Source: Felis catus (lineage: Eukaryota). Taken from it: DNA of 64,000 bases. The position numbers were made by a program, and so were the translations under genes. Where the stretch lies: assembly GCF_018350175.1 (NCBI RefSeq), contig NC_058368.1:3472001-3536000 (forward strand), written 5' to 3'. The notes beneath the pieces are model-generated. The model made no database searches, was not told the DNA's origin, and saw only the letters and a list, made by a program, of their open reading frames with translations. Shown piece after piece: positions 1 through 12,519 of this stretch. Numbering within the stretch: position 1 is the stretch's first letter; every line of letters starts with the position of its first letter.

Positions 1-710
1 TGGATTTTTTTTTATCTCTCTTTTTCTCAACTTTCTGCTTTCCTATAATTTTATCTTCTAATTCACCTATTCTCTCCTCTGCCTCTTCAATCCGAGCTGT
101 AGTCACCTCCATTTTATTTTGCACTTCATTTATAGCATTTTTTAGCTCCTCATGACTATTTCTTAGTCCCTTGATCTCTGTAGCAATAGATTCTCTGCTG
201 TCCTCTATACTTTTTTTAAGCCCAGCAATTAATTTTATGACTATTTTTCTAAATTCTTGTTCCGTTATATTACTTAAATTGGTTTTGATCAATTCGTTAG
301 CTGTCACTGATTCCTGGAGTTTCTTTTGAGGGGAATTCTTCCGTTTCATCATTTTGGGTAGTCCCTGTCATAGCTCCAAACTACAGGGTACTTTTCCTGT
401 GCTGTCCAGAGTAACTTGTGTTGGTGGGTGGGGCCACCATCAGACCCGATGTCTGTCCCCAGCCCACTGTTGGGGCCATAGTCAGACTGCTGTGTACCTT
501 ATCTTCCCCTCTCCCAGGGGCAGGACTCACCGTGGGGTGGCATGGCCCCTGTCTGGGCTACTTGCACTCTTCCAGGTTTGTGGTGTTGCTTTGATGGGAT
601 CTAGCCAAGGGCGTATTAGCTGGGGTGGATCTGCAAGGTGCACAGGGGCAAGAAGGGTAGGCTTAGCTCACTTTGCTGTCAGTGGTCCCCTGTGGGAGGG
701 GCCCTGCAGC
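1..710 (-). mobile_element. Felid/carnivore LINE-1 5' portion: part of the 5'UTR plus the ORF1 N-terminus, running off the left window edge
   Basis: The minus strand from ATG at 352 reads open to base 1: MMKRKNSPQKKLQESVTANELIKTNLSNITEQEFRKIVIKLIAGLKKSIEDSRESIATEIKGLRNSHEELKNAINEVQNKMEVTTARIEEAEERIGELEDKII..., a typical L1 ORF1p coiled-coil N-terminus. GC-richer UTR-like sequence spans 353-710. Confidence 0.9.
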
Positions 711-1570
711 ACCAATACCCCACTTTCAATAATGGATAGAACATACAGGGAAAAAATCAATAAGAAAACAGCTGATTTGAAGGACACTATAGACCAAATG
801 GACCTAACACATACAGAATGTCCCAACAAACAGCAACAGAACACACAATTTCCTAAAGTGCATGCAGAACATTCTCCAGGATAAATCATATGTTAAGTCA
901 CAAAAGAAGTCTTAAAAAATTTAAGAGGAATGCAATCATACCAAGTATCTCCTCAGACCACAGTGGACCGAAATTAAAAATTAAAAATAGAAGAAAAGAT
1001 GAAAATTCACAAACACATGGGAACTAAACAACACACCCTAGAAAAACAATTAGGTAAAAGATAAAATCAAACGGGAAATATTAAAAATACCTGAGACAAA
1101 CAAAAATTAAAACATAACTCACCAAAATGTATAGGATGCAACAAAAGCAGAACTATGAGGGAAGTGTATAGCATTAGCAATCTACATTAAAAAAAATAAT
1201 GTTATATCTAAACAAGATAATTAAAGAACTAGAAAAAGAACAAACAACTCTCAAAGGTAACAGAAGGAAGGAAATAATAAATATTAGAGCAGAAATAAGA
1301 GAGAGAACAGAAAAGTAGGAAAAATCAACAAAACCAAGAATTGGGTTTTTTTTTAGAAAACATAAACAAATGGACAAATCCTTAGCTAGACCAAGAAAAA
1401 AAGAGAAGACACAAATAAAATCAGAAATTAAAGATCAGATAGTATAATAAAGACAAAGAAATGAATCCTAAAGAATTATCATGAACAATTATAAGCCAAC
1501 ATATTGGACAACCTAGAAGAAATGGGTACATTCCCAGAAACATACAACCTACTGAGACTGAATCAGGAAT
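711..1570 (+). mobile_element. Degenerate LINE-1 ORF2 fragment (end of endonuclease domain to Z region)
   Basis: Translates to NTPLSIMDRT..KINKKTADLKDTIDQMDLT. Contains GAACATTCTCCAGGATAAATCATATG and GACAACCTAGAAGAAATGG...ACATACAACCTAC. A-rich, with frameshifts and stops. Confidence 0.9.
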
Positions 1571-1629
1571 CAACAATAGAATGAATAATCAAATTGTGGT
1601 ATTCTTTTCATGTACCTTTTGTCTACTTA

Positions 1630-2240
1630 TTTTAAATTAGTTTTGTTGTCAGAACTGGTTTAGAGTTACACAAAAATTAAGGGGATAGTAAAGAGAGTTC
1701 TCATATACACAGCACCCAGTTTGCCCTATTGACAACTTACATTGGTATGGTACATTTGTTACTGCTAAGGAACCAATATAGCATTACGTATTTTTGGAAG
1801 TTTATAGTTTACTAAATCTTCTTAGCTTTTAAGTAACAATCTTTTTCTGTTCAGGATTCCATCTAGGATACCACATTCTGCCTCATCATCACAACTCCTT
1901 AGGTTCCTCTTTGTTGTGACAGTTTTTCAGTCATTCCTTGTTTTTGATGACCTTGACAGTTTTAAGTTCAAGAATTTTGTAGGATGTCTTTCTACTGGAA
2001 TTCATCTGTTGTTCTTCTCAAGATGAGACTGGAGTTCTAGGTTTTGATATGATGCCATTTTATCACATCATATCAAAATACATAGTTTAATGTTCCTGAT
2101 ATTGACCTTGATTACCTGGCAGACATTGTATTTGTCAGGTCTCTCCACTAAAAAGCTTATTATTTTATTCTCCTTTTCCATACTTTACTCTTTGGAAGGA
2201 AATCATGATGCAGGGCTCCACTTTAGGAGTGAGGCAATAT
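1630..2240 (-). mobile_element. Old L1M (L1MB/L1MC-like) 3' end fragment
   Basis: Resembles antisense L1M 3'UTR (..AGAGAGTTCTCATATAC..CACCCAGTT..GGTACATTTGTTAC..GAACCAATA..). Subfamily uncertain. Confidence 0.7.
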
Positions 2241-2259
2241 CTGATATTTTTATATAGTA

Positions 2260-2630
2260 GGATATAAATTCTCACTAATAAAAAGGAGGAAAAGCATGCC
2301 CTGATAAAAGGAACAGCATAGTTAAATTTCAAAGTTATTAAGACGCATGGAAGAAACCAGGCATAAAAGTATATACGCTGTAGGACTCATTTATATAAAA
2401 TTCAAGGATAGACAAAAGCAGTCACTGGCTATTGAAATCAGAACACTTGAATGCCTGCCTCCAAGGAGGGAGATTGACAAAAAAGGAGCACCGGAAATTC
2501 TCTGAGGTGATGAAATGTCCTGTGTCTTGATTGGGATGTACTCATTTGTATCAATTTCGTTAATGGAAAACTTAAGATCTTGATTTCACTTACACAATTC
2601 ATATCTTAATTGAAATAACTACATTTAAAA
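2260..2630 (+). mobile_element. Old L1ME-like 3' end fragment
   Basis: Contains the motifs CATTTATATAAAATTCAAG..GAAATCAGAAC..GAGGTGATGAAATGTCCTGTGTCTTGATTGGG, typical of L1ME 3'UTRs. Confidence 0.65.
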
Positions 2631-3914
2631 AAGAGCCTTTTGCATGTGTTGCCAAAGACATCAGCAATGATCCTGGTGAAATCCGTTTCAGGACAACTGT
2701 TGATGTAGAAGATGTCTTGGATCTTGAATTTCCCTAAAAGACCCACAAGTATGGAATGGAGTGAGTGAAAGAACATCACTTAATAAGGCAGACCGCTAAT
2801 CAAACTTGAAAAATTAGAAGATGAAGAGAGGGCTAAAGATCTACAACGAACAGAAATCAAACCTCACGAACATACAGTAAGAGTGCTGTTCTCATAAAGA
2901 ACTAAAAATAGAGTCTACAGAGCATCCAAGTGCCACAGCAATTTAATTGAGGGTAAAAATGCAAGGAGATGACTAATAATGTTCTTGCAACAGGCTTACC
3001 TCTAGACCCCAGTCTAGCAATTTGGTTAGATCTTACCTCTTTTTACAGTGACCTCTGGAGGTTTGCTAAGCCCTTGAAACACGCCAGTAAGAAATAACGT
3101 TAAATTTTATGGCTTTTCAGGACACACACAGGTACTATGGAACCATAATTTTAAAAGCATGTGTAAAAGCACATATAAAATAATATACCGTATGGCATAC
3201 AAGGATCGGTACAATTCTCACATGATTGTCTAATGAGTTGGTGGCTGCATTTCATTTTGTCTTGTGTAATTTGAGAAAATCTCTAGAAAATTAACAAGAG
3301 AACAGAGAAGATCATTAAAAGAATAGAAGGGGAAACTTCTCTGGAAATAAATTAGGGAAATTATCCAGCATGCTGAAGAGAAAAAAAAAAACCGTAAAAG
3401 CTTCTCTCTGTTGAAATACAAAAAGAAAATCTGCCCTGTATAAGAAATGAGAACTTTCTGAAAATCTATTTAACCTCTGATGGAGCTCTAGGTAGAAACT
3501 AAGAGAAGACACAAAAAACACTGACCATAAAGGGAAATATACAAAGAAATAGGACCTTTACTTTGTACATTTGTCGATGGGTGGGAGAGGGAATCAAGAT
3601 CCTTATACAAATATTTTTCCAAAATCCTTATATTAAATCTAGAACTATAAAAAATAAGTCAAAACTGAGAGATTGAGGCTCAGATACTTTTAAGCCTACA
3701 TCAAATAGAAAACATTTTGTGGGACTAAGTATTTCATTAGAAAAGCAAGAGCCAGCCTATGAAAGTCTAAATTAAATGGAAAGGATCGTTAAGATATAAA
3801 TGCAGACAATCACATATTCCAGTGAAAAACAAAGAGAATATGGGTGTTAATTACATCGACTTTAATTAAAACCTCCTTCCAGAACATACTTTTTTTTTTT
3901 CTTTTTTTGGCAAT

Positions 3915-4010
3915 GATTCACTCTACAAACATTTATTGAGGACAGCTCTTATTCTGGGCACTTGGTTTTCAGAGATGAACAAACAAAATCCCTGCTATCA
4001 AATAACTCAT
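3915..4010 (-). mobile_element. L2 3'-end fragment
   Basis: ATTCACTCTACAAACATTTATTGAGGAC..CTGGGCACT..AGAGATGAACAAAC resembles the antisense L2 terminus. Confidence 0.55.
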
Positions 4011-4941
4011 TGTTTGCATTTTTTCTGGATTTTTTAAAATTTTTGTCTTGTTTTTCGGTATAGTATTATTTCAAGACTGGGAGATGGGATAAGATCTCCT
4101 CTTAATATTCCTTCTAATCACATAATTTTATTAAACATCTTGTTGCCCACTCAGGAGATCAGCATTACTAACTCATCTACATTGGTAAGAGCTTAAATAA
4201 ATATATGGTTATTGTTGGGCTTTGAGAAAGGATATTAGATTACATACCGAGGGAGCTAAAGCCAACATAAAGGAACATTTATGTCTCTGTTTTCCTATGG
4301 CAAGGGGTTTTGATTCCAAAGAACTCCCAAGCTTAAGCTATTTATTTAAGCATTTGTCCAATATCACAATATCAACTGGTTATTGCATTCTGTGTACCTG
4401 CAATTCTTTCACTATTTAATGCCTAAGTGTTTTAAATTGTTTAAAGATAAACCTGGTGTATTTAGATAACTGAGCAGTTATTTTAGAGATAGATACATCT
4501 CCAACCAAGGAAGGGCAGTGAAGCCTCAGGAGTCCATGAAATCAGAAAATATTTTTGTTGTAAATATTGATTCTAACATTTTGATTTTAACTATAAATAC
4601 CACTTCTAATATATGAAATAGAAGCTCTAAACTGAGGGTAAAGAAATTGTCGAGTCAAATCTTTCCATGAGACTCAAGGATGGAATTTTGTCCTGATTCT
4701 TTCTGAATCTACCCATCTTATTTTAGCTAAAAGTGTTTTGCCTTGAGCAGAGCAGAGCTGGGGAAGTTTAACACATTTTCTGGCACCATAATTTGAGATT
4801 CATTGAAATTCTTTCTTTTGTTTTTTTAAATTATTTCCAAAAGTAACTGCAGAGACTGTTAGGTAAAATTAACAAGACTATTTAACAAAGAAACAATAGC
4901 CAGTGTTAAAAGCCCAAATTCTTATGGGGAGAGAGGGGTGG

Positions 4942-4946
<5 letters not shown>

Positions 4947-4978
<32 letters not shown>
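4947..4978. repeat. (CA)n microsatellite
   Basis: About 16 perfect AC units. Confidence 0.98.
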
Positions 4979-4980
<2 letters not shown>

Positions 4981-5459
4981 CACATATTTGAAAATGCTTC
5001 ACTGATTGGTCATTGCTATCAAATAACAGAAAACAGCTGCATTTAGTAAAGTAAAAACTGGACTGCAATTGTAACCTTAGCTTTTCATTTGATACTTGGG
5101 CTTGTGGGGGGATAGGGGGACCCTTCCTCTACATATGATACCAAAATATGACCATCACCATCATTAGTAAACCAGTGAAACCAACATCAAAAATTAGCAC
5201 TGATTAACTTATCTGCCCACAGTCTCTTCCCTCTGCCCTCTTTGGTCACAGGTAGTTTTCTCCAGGTAACACTTTCTGTCTCCACTGGGCACACAGTAGA
5301 CACTCTGATTTGTTTAAGAAAACACATACATGACCTTAAAAATATCCATTATTAATTCCACTAGGAAGCCTGACGTTTGTAAGCTTCAAATTAAGGTTGC
5401 CACCCTGAAAGTGTGACTGGCCGAACTGCACTAGTCGACTTTTTTTCCCCTCGATTGTA

Positions 5460-6090
5460 CAGTTGATCTTTGAACAACGCGGGTTTGAACTGCACGGGTC
5501 CGTGTACACTCATCACTCTTTTTTTTTTTTTTTTTTTTTTCTGCGAAAAGCTTTATTGTTTCTATTTGGTCCTTGGCTTGGGAGAGGGCCCCAGGGTGGT
5601 TAAAAAGCTGCCTAGTGGCTGCAGGGAGAAGCCCAGGTAGAAGTCCTGACACCAGGGTATACGAGGGGCCTGTCAAGAGCTATTGAGCCCCTGTGGCTCC
5701 CAGTTGTGCTCGAGGGTGAACCTTTCAGGGAGACAGTCGCCCAGCCCTGCCTCTGGAGGTCAGCCAAGTGGTCGCCCATCTTCTTGACTTTCACTTCCTC
5801 GTGTAGGAAGTAGCTTTCCAGGAAGTCACAGGGATGGGAGCCCACAACCGGGGCATGCAGATCCAAAAGGGCCTGGTTCAGCTTCTTCCCTAGGATCGTG
5901 GCAGGTTCCCTAGCGTGCGAGGTTTGACCTCACCCCTCTCGGGATGACTTCGGCATGTGCTGGCAGAGGGTTATGGGTGAGGCTTCTGGTCAACAGTAGA
6001 CTATTATTAGTAGTTGAGATTTTAGGGAGTCATAAGTTATAAGCAGACTTTCGATTGCATCCCTAACCCTCACTCTTTCAAGGTCACCTG
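5460..6090. mobile_element. Tigger2a-like TcMar DNA transposon fossil, interrupted by the FTL retrocopy
   Basis: TA|CAGTTGATCTTTGAACAACGCGGGTTTGAACTGCACGGGTCC at 5458 and ...TTCAAGGTCACCTG|TA at 6090 are imperfect terminal inverted repeats with a TA duplication. The right arm GGCTTCTGGTCAACAGTAG..TTAGTAGTT..GGGAGTC matches the Tigger2 subterminal sequence. Confidence 0.85.
5519..5969 (-). pseudogene. FTL: Processed ferritin light chain pseudogene, 5'-truncated (3' half of CDS, 3'UTR and poly(A))
   Basis: The minus strand encodes [41 protein letters not shown], matching the FTL C-terminal helices ([37 protein letters not shown]). It is intronless and carries indels. AATAAA lies at 5557-5552, followed by a 22-nt A tail (5540-5519). 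Confidence 0.95.
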
Positions 6091-6109
6091 TATTTCTCTT
6101 CTGGGGTTG

Positions 6110-6400
6110 ACTTGGTTGGCTGAGTCTAGGTGGTCAAATGATGGTTTTAGGGCTATGCACATCTCTCCCTGCCTATTCTCTGGCTGTACTTCTGCCGGCT
6201 TTATATGTATCTTTTATCTCATAGTACTAGAAAACACAGCACTTATCCCAAGGGCTTGAGCAAAATTTCCAGCGATGATTTTGACTGGCCAGTCCTGTGT
6301 AACACATCGGTCCCTGGACTGAGCAAGATTGCTCTGGAATGGGCAGTGCAAGAGTCCGCTGATACTGCTATCCCTGTCAGTTGCTGCACCACCTAAGATT
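6110..6400. mobile_element. Old MaLR (MLT1J/K-like) LTR fragment
   Basis: TTTGACTGGCCAGTCCTGTGTAACACATCGGTCCCTGGACT..GCTGAT resembles the MLT1J/K core. Highly diverged. Confidence 0.4.
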
Positions 6401-6679
6401 TGCTCACTTGCAAATGACAGAATACTATCTTAAAGCAATTTAAGTAAATAAGAGAATCGATTGGATAACAAATTCTAAAAAACATATTGAACTCCTAAGG
6501 CTCGAGAAAGATAGGAGCGCATCTGAGTGCAGGAATCGTAGAACCAAGGATGTACAAGTTGCCAAGACACTCCTTCCATCTTTTGCCACATTTCTGTTTC
6601 CATAACAGCTTAATTCTGTGTTCTGGCAAATTCTCCTTTCCTTGGTAGTGGGAATCGTGGAAACATGGGGGACCTCCAG

Positions 6680-7016
6680 TCACTACATCCTCCTACAGGG
6701 GTAACTACTATCGTAACTTCTAACACGACCCACAGGACTAAGGTCTGTGGAGACTTCTAACACCATAGGATAATTTTGCTTATTTTCAAACTTCGTATAC
6801 ATGGAAATCATATAGAACGTATTCTTGTGTACCTGGCTTCTTGACATGAATAGTAGGTTTTTGGAATTCATCTCTGCTATTTGTTCGTTGTAGTCTATAT
6901 GTTAGCATCACCATATAGCATTCTGCTGTCTGACTCTAACAGTATTCATTCTTTAATTCCATGATTATAAAGACTTGGAGTTGTCTCCCATTTAGAGCAA
7001 ATAAACTTTGATGAAC

Positions 7017-7057
<41 letters not shown>

Positions 7058-10000
7058 CAAGTAAATATTTCACTGGATACATCCCTAGGAGTAGAATTCT
7101 GGGTGATAGAGTCTATGAATATTTAGCTCTAACCAACATTACTAGTTTTCTAAAGTGGTTGTATCACTTTACACTCTTACCAACAGTGAAGGAGAACTTC
7201 GGTTCCTCCACATCCTTGCCTACTTTTAGTATTTCCAGGTTTTGCTTTGTTCTGTTTTGTTTTTTTAATTCTGGTAGGTATGTAGTGCTATCCCATTGAC
7301 GTGCGATTTACATGAAGCTAATCATTAATGAGATCATTTTTTTGTTGTTTATTGGCTGATAGAATTTCCTTTTTTTATTTTTTTCCTAAACGCCTGCTAA
7401 ATTTCTTGGTCCTCACATTACTACTTCTGCTTGTCTCGCATTTTTCTTTTTGATCTTTATGAGTTATTTGTGCACTTTGGATACAAGCCTTTATTCCATT
7501 ATATGTGTTGCTCAATCTCTTGCTGTATGACTTGCGATTTTACTCGACTAATTCTTTTGATGAACAAATTTTTATTTTGGTGAAACTGAATTGGTCAATA
7601 TTTCCCATTATGCTAGTACTTTTCCTTTGTGTTTAAGAATTTTCTGCTTACTCGGTGGTTACAAAAATGTTTTCCTATGGTGTTATCTCAGTGTTTTATT
7701 GTTTCAGTCTCCTCGTGTGGATCCATAATCTACCTGGAATTGACTTTTCTTTATGGTGTGGTTTATAATGTATTGATTTTATATACATTATAGTAGGGGT
7801 CAAGAATAATTTTTTCTTTAGGGGTATTCAATCCACCTAATTATATTTCTTGAAACTACCATTCTTTCTCTATTACATAGCATATCATGAATCAACTGAC
7901 CTTGTATATATGGGTCTATATCGGAACTACATGTTATTCCATTAGGCAATTATCCACCCCTGCGTTAATATTATAGTGTCTTAAGTGGTTGATAGTAAGT
8001 CTTTATATTTGGTAGTGTAAGTCTTCCAATTTTGTATTTCTTCAAGATTTGTCTCAGCTATTTGGAGTCCTTCTGTAGCACTTTATACACTTTTGAAAGC
8101 TGTTATTTTTTTACAAAAAAAAATAAGGAAAACCCTGCTAAAATTTAGACTGAGATCCTACTGAGTCTGTAGATAAATGTTAGGGATAATTGATATTTTT
8201 ACATTATTGAAATTTTTAATCCATGAACATGGCACAGCACTCCATTTATTAAATAAAGTTCCATAAATTAAATTTCCTTACTAAATTTATTACCAGGAAT
8301 TTGATTGTATACTATTGTAAATCATACTTCTAAGACTTCATTTCTACTTGTTTTCCACTGGTGGAAAAATACAACTCAGTTTTATATTGACTCTGTATAA
8401 AGAGGACTTACTAAATGTAATTATTAATTTGAATAGATTATCTGAAGATTATTGTGAATTTTCTATTTTAATGAAGGATTAAATTTATTTGGCAGGTACA
8501 GATAATTGAAAAATTCTGTTTTTTTCTGAATCCACTCTGCATTACAAAAATTGTAAAATTTCTCACTGTATCACTTGCATTTAATGAATATTATTTAGCT
8601 GTACTAGTTTTTTTAATAACATTTATTATGTTTTCATTCATTCTCTTACTTTTGCTTATCATTATATAGAGAGTATCTATCCTTCAATTTAAGTATTTAA
8701 GGTTATGTCAGCTGTGTTTATTTGCTGTTTTTGTTGTTGTTGTTTCCATCCAGACTGACTGTATTCTAATTAGAGAATTTAGGCCATTTACATTTTCTGA
8801 TATATGTGGATTTACATCTCACAGTTTACAGGCTGGTTCACATTTTTCCCAGGTGTTCTCCATTTTCGTTCTTCTTACACTTTTTTAGATTAATTGACGA
8901 TCTTCATATTGTTTCATTGTTCAATTTTTCCAATATTCACTTGCATTATTTACCATTTTTAGTGATTAACACAGAGATTAAACCATGATTTTTATTTATG
9001 GTAGACCGAAGCAGACATGTTACCAATTAGTGCCTATTTGCTTACAATTTATTTTAACAAATGATGCATATCAGTTCTAATATACTAATATATGATAGTC
9101 ATTTTGCTTGGCACACAACTCTTTATTCCCCAGAAATATTTCTTGCTATATTTAACTTCTCACTTTTGGTGTTAGTGTTATCATGCATTTTAGTTTTTTA
9201 ATGTACTCATAATCGCCACACTGGATTTTATGGTTTTGTAGTCGATACGTGTTTGTGTTTTCTCATATGTTTCCATCTGCTGTGACTCCTCATTGCTCTT
9301 GGCTCTTCCGTGTTTCCATCTAAAGAAACTTTCTACCTTTGGGACTGACTCCCATTTCAGCTTCTCTTACAGCAGTTCTGGATGAGGATTATTTTGATTT
9401 TTGTTCACCATGTCCCATAAACCTTTTTTTTTTTCTTTCTATTTTACACCCAGGTTTTCGTCTTGAAATTTTCTGCTGGTTTATTTTTCAGTTCACCAGC
9501 CCTCTCTTCTGCGAGCTCCTAGCTGCTGGCAAGTCCATATTTTTACCTCATTTGCAATGTACATTTTTCAAGTCGAAGATTTTCATGATTATCTTGTGAA
9601 TTCTACATCACGTCACCTACTTCCTTGAACACATTGATCTTAGTTATTTAAAAGCTGTGTAATACACTTCCATTAACTGCATTATTTTTAAGTCTAATTC
9701 TATTTTCTACATTTTCTTGTGTGGCTCTGTTTTTATGGTGTGATTATTATTTTTTTTAATTGGGTATTAGATGGCAGGTGAAGGATTTTTATCCTCCTTC
9801 AGAAAGGTTGCAGCTTTCTCTCTGTTGTTGAGATTTAGTCAACGCAAATCATTGTAATGTTTCTAGAACCAAGAAGACTGGAAGTTGTGTCGGAATGTCT
9901 TGAAGGATCCACTCTTTCCTAGTGTGTCGCTTTCCAATTGGCCTGCCTGCAAGCCTCCGGATTCTGACCGAACCCTTTCTCCTTCATGATGCTTGAATTG

Positions 10001-10570
10001 TTGTGCGTGTTTGGGGTTTTTTTGGTGAGTTTTGTTGTTGTTGTTGTTTTGTTTGTTGGCTTGGTTTGGCTTGGTTTTGGCTCTAAACATTTCCAGAAAA
10101 CTCCATTATAGTTTCGGTGGCTTTCTGCTGAGCTCCTTATCTTCAGGATTTAGCAAATGCCTCCAGGGGAAAAAAAGACATAACATGTAATACATCTCTA
10201 CATCTCCCTTCTCACCAGGAGTTTAGCTTCTCACATCCCAGCTGTTTGAAGTTCCAAACTCCAGTTTCTTGGTCTCCATCTCCTTGAAATTGCCAAATGA
10301 TCTGATGGTTTCTATGCCCCTTAGCAGAATCTCTCTGCCTGAATGAAACCTTGGCTTCACCCTTTGTGAACAAACTGAAAAATTCCCAGAGTGGCTCTTA
10401 GAATGGCCTCACATATCTCTCAGGTCTTTTGCTTTCCAGAACCTTGACGTTTCCAATGCATTTCTGGAAGTTCTCCAATGCATTCAAGTGGTTTAATCCA
10501 ATTTTTTAATTTGGTTTCAAGCTGACTTATTGGTGTGCAGCGTGCTACTCTATAACAAATGGAAGCAGAA
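6680..10570 (-). mobile_element. Long, very old LINE-1 remnant (L1MC/L1ME 3'UTR and ORF2 to about 8460, then more diverged L1M-like sequence)
   Basis: T-rich plus strand with antisense L1 hallmarks: ATGGAAATCATATAG..GTACCTGGCTTCTT, CCTAGGAGTAGAATT, AAAGTGGTTGTATCACTTTACACT, TCCATGAACATGG. The part beyond about 8500 is less certain. Confidence 0.75.
7020..7055. repeat. (TG)n microsatellite
   Basis: About 18 TG units inside the old L1. Confidence 0.98.
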
Positions 10571-11429
10571 ATATCAACTCATTTTGGTCAAGAAAAATGG
10601 CGTCTCCTTCTTACATCCATTACTGTTGTTAATAGGCTATTATTGTTTTTAATTCCAGACAACTAGAGCTTCCACACTATTTCGTGCTAGTAAGTGGCCA
10701 TAAGGGAGTCTAAATCACTCTAAATTGTTGAGCAGGGTTTTATCCAGAAGCAAAAAATCCTCATCTTTTGCAGATGTCATCATGTTTTAGGTTACACACT
10801 AATTTTTGGTAGGGCATGCAGCATATCTCAAAGGCAGTGGCATCCTGTTTTTTCATTCTGGTAGGTACTCCCAGTCACCAGAACTGTTAAGAAAACTCAA
10901 GAAGCTCACCTGCTTGTTTGTTCATTTGTTTTTCATGAGGTAAATATTGGACCAGCCACAGGAGTTGGGTGTGTGATCCTTGCAGATCTCAAATATACCT
11001 GATGCCATTTTCATCAATATGAAATATGCACTTTTCAATTAAAATAGACTTATCTCATACTGATCCTCAATCTATCTATATTTAAAACTTTATATTTTTT
11101 ACAGACATTTGGAAGAAACTTTTTTCCCTTCATTCCATGTTCCAAAAGATTTTTGAGTGTAAAAATAGTTCCATTCCATCAGTGATTAACACATAAAATA
11201 TATAAATGGGAAAATATTTTCCATGTTCTATTGGCCCTCACGTGTGTTCATACAATATTAAATATTTTTCATGGGTACAACTGGTTTTGTCATTTTGAGA
11301 ATTCATATAGATATCACTGGATGAATTCAGGTGCTTGCAACTCTAATATGATGCAACTGTGTTATGGCTGGCTTAGTAGAATGTGGTTTTATGTGAGTAA
11401 ATGGAAGTACCATGGTAGAAAGAGAGAAA

Positions 11430-11915
11430 TGTCTTTGCCCTTTGTGATTAGGGCTCACTTTGACTTCTGGGTTATGCTTAGGCCTCATGCATGAAGGGAA
11501 TATCAATTACAAGAGGATATAAAAAATCATTAGGACAGTGAAAGACTCAAGCCACGTTCACGTGGAATAGCTCACAGGACTGAAAAGAAGGCAGCACTCC
11601 TCAAGGGACAAGATTGCCACTATTTGGAAATATTTCCCGTGAGCACTTAGGAGACATTTTTGGTCCTTATGAGGTATAGAGGCTTAATGGATCAAAGTGT
11701 GGGCAGGCTTGACTTGAGATTTATATGAAGAACTTTTTAGTAATTGGGGTCATATTAGCATGAGTAAATTAACACAGGAAATAAAAATGCATAAAACACT
11801 AAAGATGTTCAGCGGTTTCTTGGGTATAGTATCAAGGGGATAAATAAATACATCCTATGGGGGGGTGTAATCTAGGCGATTTCTAAGATGCCTTCTAGCT
11901 CAGACTCTAAGATCC
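11430..11915 (+). mobile_element. L3/CR1 LINE 3'-end fossil
   Basis: Ends TCTAGGCGATTTCTAAGATGCCTTCTAGCTCAGACTCTAAGAT, similar to the CR1/L3 terminus. Upstream are GAAGAACTTTTTAGTAATTGGGG and RT C-terminal-like remnants. Confidence 0.6.
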
Positions 11916-12199
11916 AGCGGTGTGATTACAGAGATCTCTGTTTTCCTTTCTCATCTAATAACATTTATTTATACAGAACATCAAACATGGATTTTCTATC
12001 TTTTGTAATTTGGGGAAAGGATTGAAAACTTGAAAAAGAATAAACTGTCTGTATAAAATGTTATCATGTTATAGTGTTGAGCTCAAATTTTCCACTGCAC
12101 AGTGATTTCTATAATTAGCACTAGTAAAGGAGGTAGGATCTCCTTTGATTTGATTTAAAGATTTTAAATCAAGCCAAGTGTTCTTTCACCTTATAAAAA

Positions 12200-12519
12200 G
12201 GCTAGCTTTTCCTCCAGTCACCTTCGTTTTTTTTTCCTTCTGAGGCCTTCCCAGGAACACATCTAACATTCAGATTTCTACCAACATCTGTTTGCGACAA
12301 TCCGTGCATTATCTAAGACACTGGAAGTTTCCGTGCTGTGCTCTACACTCCTTCTGAGTCCTCTAACATCCATATTTCGACCAGATCAAAGTATTCTAGG
12401 TTTTTCTCTACCATGCATTCTCAGACAGTTCCCAGCCTCCACCCATTACCCAATCCCGAAACCAGTTCCACATATTTTGGTGTTTGTTACAAGAGACCCC
12501 ACTTCCTGGTACCAAAATC
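12200..12519 (-). mobile_element. MaLR internal sequence (5' part) attached to the LTR
   Basis: Ends with CCCCACTTCCTGGTACCAAAATC directly abutting the LTR, the characteristic MaLR LTR/internal junction. Confidence 0.75.

Noticed and set aside
354..884. 176-aa ORF
   Set aside because: It is a chimeric read-through of antisense L1 5'UTR into an old L1 ORF2 fragment, with a non-ATG start. It is not a gene.
2640..3890. A-rich stretch possibly derived from very old L1/HAL1 ORF1
   Set aside because: There is only a compositional resemblance, with no motif I can anchor.
5612..5866. Ferritin-like ORF as a functional gene
   Set aside because: The N-terminal half is missing, it has deletions and a frameshifted C-terminus, and it carries a genomic poly(A). 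It is a processed pseudogene.
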